From a virus (taxonomy: Duplodnaviria > Caudoviricetes): a DNA stretch of 50,300 nucleotides. The stretch's first letter is position 1, and every line of letters starts with the position of its first letter. Positions 47,432-50,300 of this stretch are shown here, one piece after another. Location of the stretch: positions 1-50,300 of the IMG/VR virus record IMGVR_UViG_3300050190_000122, one strand, 5' to 3'. Under the pieces are notes generated by a model, which did not search any database, had not been told where the DNA came from, and saw nothing but the letters and a program-made list of their open reading frames with translations. The translations under genes and the position numbers were made by a program.

Positions 47432-48315
47432 TACTCCTCACCACTAGCAGGAGTCAGTTGGGCATCACTCAAACTCTTCTCTGTCAATTTTTCCAGTGCT
47501 TTCATAACGGTTTCATTCCATCGGATCTGATAATCGCTATGCCCGTTTCTCACAAATGGGAATTCCTCGCCATACTGTTTACCAGCTTCCGTAATGCGCC
47601 AATTCTTCTTTCCCTTTGCGTCCACCTGCTGTTCCTGTAAGCCCTTGGCGAGTAACATCTTATTGGCTTGAGCAGCGTTAACCCCAAGGCGATCACCAAT
47701 TTGGGTTGCGTTTAAGTATCCAATTTCATGCTCAGCAGATGGAAGGCATTTTGCAATCTCTGCTAGGTCAAGGCCGCTGTTCTTCTCCACTGCTCGGATA
47801 CATGCGGCCTGAGCTATGCCAATTTTGATACCTAACTTTTCCGTGAGATATTCCGCTGTATCAAAAGCGTCTTTAATTGCGGGCTTGACGCGGGAGGTTG
47901 TTCGGGGTTTGGTGAGAACGTTTTTTCGTTCCACTTCGATATTGAGAAGTAAATCACGAACAGTGCGGGCTACTAAGCTATCACGGAGTAACATGCCAAT
48001 ACGAAGAATTGCCCGGCGGGGGATGATCGTAAAGGATGAAGAGTTTTTACCAATCACACCCATGTCCTTAAGGGACATCAGTTCATCGCCCTTCAAAACC
48101 TTTAATCCATCAGATTCAAGCTCTTCACGATTGTCTTTGATTAAGGAGTTGACGGCCTCTTTCCCAACCCCGTAATACTCTGCAGATTGTTCTATGCTGA
48201 CATTCAGATCATCCGGTAACATCGTGAGTGCTTTTACTTTGTCGAGTACATCTGTTCGATCAATGACAGATTCGCGTAAGGATTTACTTTCGATTAATGA
48301 GTCGCTTTTCGACAT
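47431..48315 (-). CDS. Phage antirepressor-like protein (KilA-C-like C-terminus)
   Basis: A.YY.V...RRAILRIGMLLRDS.VA..VR and NATQIG..LG...AN..L...GLQ...W.ITE.G, located after cro. Confidence 0.75.
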   Translation of the reverse strand: MSKSDSLIESKSLRESVIDRTDVLDKVKALTMLPDDLNVSIEQSAEYYGVGKEAVNSLIKDNREELESDGLKVLKGDELMSLKDMGVIGKNSSSFTIIPRRAILRIGMLLRDSLVARTVRDLLLNIEVERKNVLTKPRTTSRVKPAIKDAFDTAEYLTEKLGIKIGIAQAACIRAVEKNSGLDLAEIAKCLPSAEHEIGYLNATQIGDRLGVNAAQANKMLLAKGLQEQQVDAKGKKNWRITEAGKQYGEEFPFVRNGHSDYQIRWNETVMKALEKLTEKSLSDAQLTPASGEE

Positions 48316-48381
48316 TTGTAATTTCCTCCTTTTCCTTTCTGGTTTGCCTACTTTTGGGTGGAGTCCGCCCAAAACTTAATT

Positions 48382-48720
48382 TTAATTTCTTACTAACGTT
48401 TCATTGAGAACATCTGATTTGGCTTGATCCAATACAGTAATTACCTGGCCAACGCTCAAACCGGATTCCCTAATGTGTCTGAATAGTGAATCTTTATCAA
48501 AGGGTTCGCTGCTTTCTGGTAGCGAGTTATCAATTCCACGCACTAAAGAATCTATTGTCATGTCAAAGTACTCCGCGACTTTTTGAACTTTATCAACACC
48601 TGGGTTACTTACATCCCACTTATAGATGGCCCCAGGGCCAAGTCCGAGTCCTCTTTCCAGCTTTGGAATAGAACTGTTGTGTTCTTTACAAAGAATTTTG
48701 ATGTTCTCAATCAGAGACAT
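48382..48720 (-). CDS. Cro-like XRE HTH protein
   Basis: ENIKILC...LER.LGLG.GAI.KW..SNP.VDKVQKVAEYF, divergent from the repressor. Confidence 0.85.
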   Translation of the reverse strand: MSLIENIKILCKEHNSSIPKLERGLGLGPGAIYKWDVSNPGVDKVQKVAEYFDMTIDSLVRGIDNSLPESSEPFDKDSLFRHIRESGLSVGQVITVLDQAKSDVLNETLVRN

Positions 48721-48771
48721 ACTGTTAACCTCCTTTCTTTACATAGACTAGTGGAAAATAACAGCCAAGTA

Positions 48772-48966
48772 TTGACATCAGTTAGAAAATATTCTAAAAT
48801 TGAGCGTAGGAAATAAAACCTCATAAAAGTCGCCCCACAACGATTTTTCAATTGGGTCTTCATGGCTCTTGGTTTTTTGTTGCTTTCTTTCCGGTTACTA
48901 AGCTGTTAATACGATTATATTAGCACATACGCTAAATGTCAACTTATTATTTAGGCTATTTTCTAA
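48772..48966. promoter_or_regulatory. Genetic switch: face-to-face sigma-A promoters and three TTAG-N8-CTAA operators
   Basis: Plus strand TTGACA-N17-TAAAAT (48772-48800). Minus strand TTGACA-N17-TATAAT (48942-48914). Palindromes at 48782, 48920 and 48951. Confidence 0.8.
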
Positions 48967-48994
48967 TTAATTTTTCTATAGGGGGTCTATTTTC

Positions 48995-49555
48995 ATGGGA
49001 ATTTGCGAAAACATTCAATTTTTATCTAAACACAAGGGTTTGCCGATTTCGCATTTAGAAAAAGAGCTATCTTTTGCAAATGGCTCAATTCGCAGGTGGA
49101 ACGAGAGTTCTCCTTCTATCGACAAGGTCCAAAAAGTCGCTGATTACTTTGAAGTATCAATTGATTTTTTAAATCTAGGTTTCGATAGGGAGATAATCGA
49201 TGCAGTAAAGTCACTAGCAAAAACTGGCAAAGACCTGCCTTATTTTCCTGAAAGCGTTCTTGTCGTTTTAACACCAGAGATTGAAAGCCTTAAAAAAGAA
49301 TATTGGGATGTTCCTCTTGATACAGAGCCTATTGAGATGATTTCATTGATAAGTGAAACGCCACTTTCTGTTGAATTCAAGAATGACTTACTGAATGTGT
49401 TTAGCCGGGTTAAGGAGAAATTAAATATCGGCGCTGGATCTGACATTACCACCCTTGCGGCTCACCATGACGGAGATGAGTGGACGGAAGAAGAATTAAC
49501 AGATATAGAAAGATTTAAAGAGTTTGTACGCTCGAAACGGAACGCTAAAAGCTGA
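48995..49555 (+). CDS. CI/ImmR-like repressor
   Basis: XRE HTH plus the C-terminal TLAAH...WTEEE...I..F.EF motif typical of ImmA-cleaved repressors. Confidence 0.9.
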   Translation: MGICENIQFLSKHKGLPISHLEKELSFANGSIRRWNESSPSIDKVQKVADYFEVSIDFLNLGFDREIIDAVKSLAKTGKDLPYFPESVLVVLTPEIESLKKEYWDVPLDTEPIEMISLISETPLSVEFKNDLLNVFSRVKEKLNIGAGSDITTLAAHHDGDEWTEEELTDIERFKEFVRSKRNAKS

Positions 49556-49564
49556 GGTGACGCT

Positions 49565-50029
49565 ATGTTATATCAAATGCTTCTTAACGATGCAGATAGA
49601 CAGAATGTCGCAGTATATGAGAGCTCCATGGGATCTAATCTCAGAGGTCTATACGGGGATAATATAATTTGGCTTAACCGAGGATTACCCACGTATACAG
49701 ACAAGGTATGCGTCCTTGCAGAAGAGATCGGGCATTATTACACATCCACTGGCGATATTTTAGACCAGAAAAAAATAGCCCACATCAAGCAAGAGAAGCG
49801 GGCCAAGAATTGGGGGTATGAAAAATTAATCCCCCTAAAGAGCTTTGTTGAAGCTTCTAGAGAGGGAGTCTCAAATTGTTATGAGCTTGCCAAATTTCTG
49901 GATGTGACTGAAGAATTTCTCGACTACGCCATAGAGCACTACAAAGAAAAATTCGGTTTATACACTGAGTGGGAAGATTATCTTATTTACTTTGACCCTC
50001 TCAGGGTACTCAAATTATTTGAAGGATAA
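49565..50029 (+). CDS. ImmA/IrrE-family metallopeptidase
   Basis: GLY...I.LN...VLAEEIGHYYT..GDI...KQE..A. Confidence 0.9.
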   Translation: MLYQMLLNDADRQNVAVYESSMGSNLRGLYGDNIIWLNRGLPTYTDKVCVLAEEIGHYYTSTGDILDQKKIAHIKQEKRAKNWGYEKLIPLKSFVEASREGVSNCYELAKFLDVTEEFLDYAIEHYKEKFGLYTEWEDYLIYFDPLRVLKLFEG

Positions 50030-50054
50030 CTATGAATCAGATGAGGTATTGAAT

Positions 50055-50192
50055 ATGAGTGCAATTCGTGCAGTAGCGTATGCAAGGTATAGCTCAGACA
50101 ACCAGCGAGAAGAATCCATTACAGCGCAACTAAGGGCGGTAAAAGAGTACTGCCAGCAAAAAGGGTATATTCTTCCTGCATTTCGCAACTAA
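50055..50192 (+). pseudogene. N-terminal fragment of a large serine integrase, interrupted
   Basis: AVAYARYSSDNQREESITAQL catalytic motif. The family-like sequence stops at KGYIL, then PAFRN*. Confidence 0.88.
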
Positions 50193-50300
50193 AAACCAGC
50201 AAATTGTAATACATTTACATAATTTCCATCTAGTTGCTGGACAACCTAACAAAAGACATATATTATAGATCTCAGAATACTGTCAAAGACGAGGAGGCAG
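50175..50300 (+). mobile_element. Probable IS left end (IS1634/IS1380-like CC terminus) inserted in the integrase
   Basis: CCTGCATTTCGCAACT starts exactly at the breakpoint. Non-coding DNA follows and ends in an SD (GAGGAGG) at the window edge. Confidence 0.55.

Larger units (their letters stand above)
7550..50300 (-). mobile_element. Siphovirus-type prophage (SPP1-like head, serine integrase), probably defective; left boundary approximate, right end outside the window
   Basis: Canonical module order: integrase, immunity, early/replication, late regulator, terminase, head, tail, lysis, cargo. att sites not identified. Confidence 0.92.

Noticed and set aside
12588-48671. Numerous plus-strand ORFs antisense to phage genes
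   Set aside because: Shadow frames of well-supported minus-strand genes with no SD or motifs. The only exception is 46606-46767.
1-50300. CRISPR array, tRNA/rRNA, reverse transcriptase or DGR
   Set aside because: I saw no regularly spaced repeat-spacer units, no cloverleaf or rRNA-like sequence, no RT motifs and no template/variable repeat pair.

Overview
DNA from a spore-forming Bacillota host, probably Clostridia or Peptococcaceae-like (inferred from gene content and promoter motifs). Bases 1-7450 are a minus-strand defence island. It holds a probable IS end truncating a HEPN-like gene, an HNH nuclease, a two-gene Hachiman-type system (HamA nuclease plus HamB Ski2-like helicase) and a frameshifted GIY-YIG gene. 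It is followed by phnA/yjdM with a long structured leader. From about 7.55 kb to the right edge lies a siphovirus-type prophage read mostly on the minus strand. From right to left it has an interrupted serine integrase, ImmA/CI/Cro/antirepressor, early genes with two DNA methyltransferases, VirE primase-helicase/VRR-NUC/SNF2, an Xpf-like late activator, SPP1-like head genes, tail genes, lysis genes and a cargo zone. The cargo zone carries an unannotated two-gene membrane system, small sporulation-type peptides and a lipoprotein. The prophage looks doubly crippled: a probable IS sits in the integrase, and an apparent deletion lies where the DNA polymerase module usually is. Its morphogenesis, lysis and most cargo genes have intact reading frames. 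All calls come from motif reading by eye; no database search was run.
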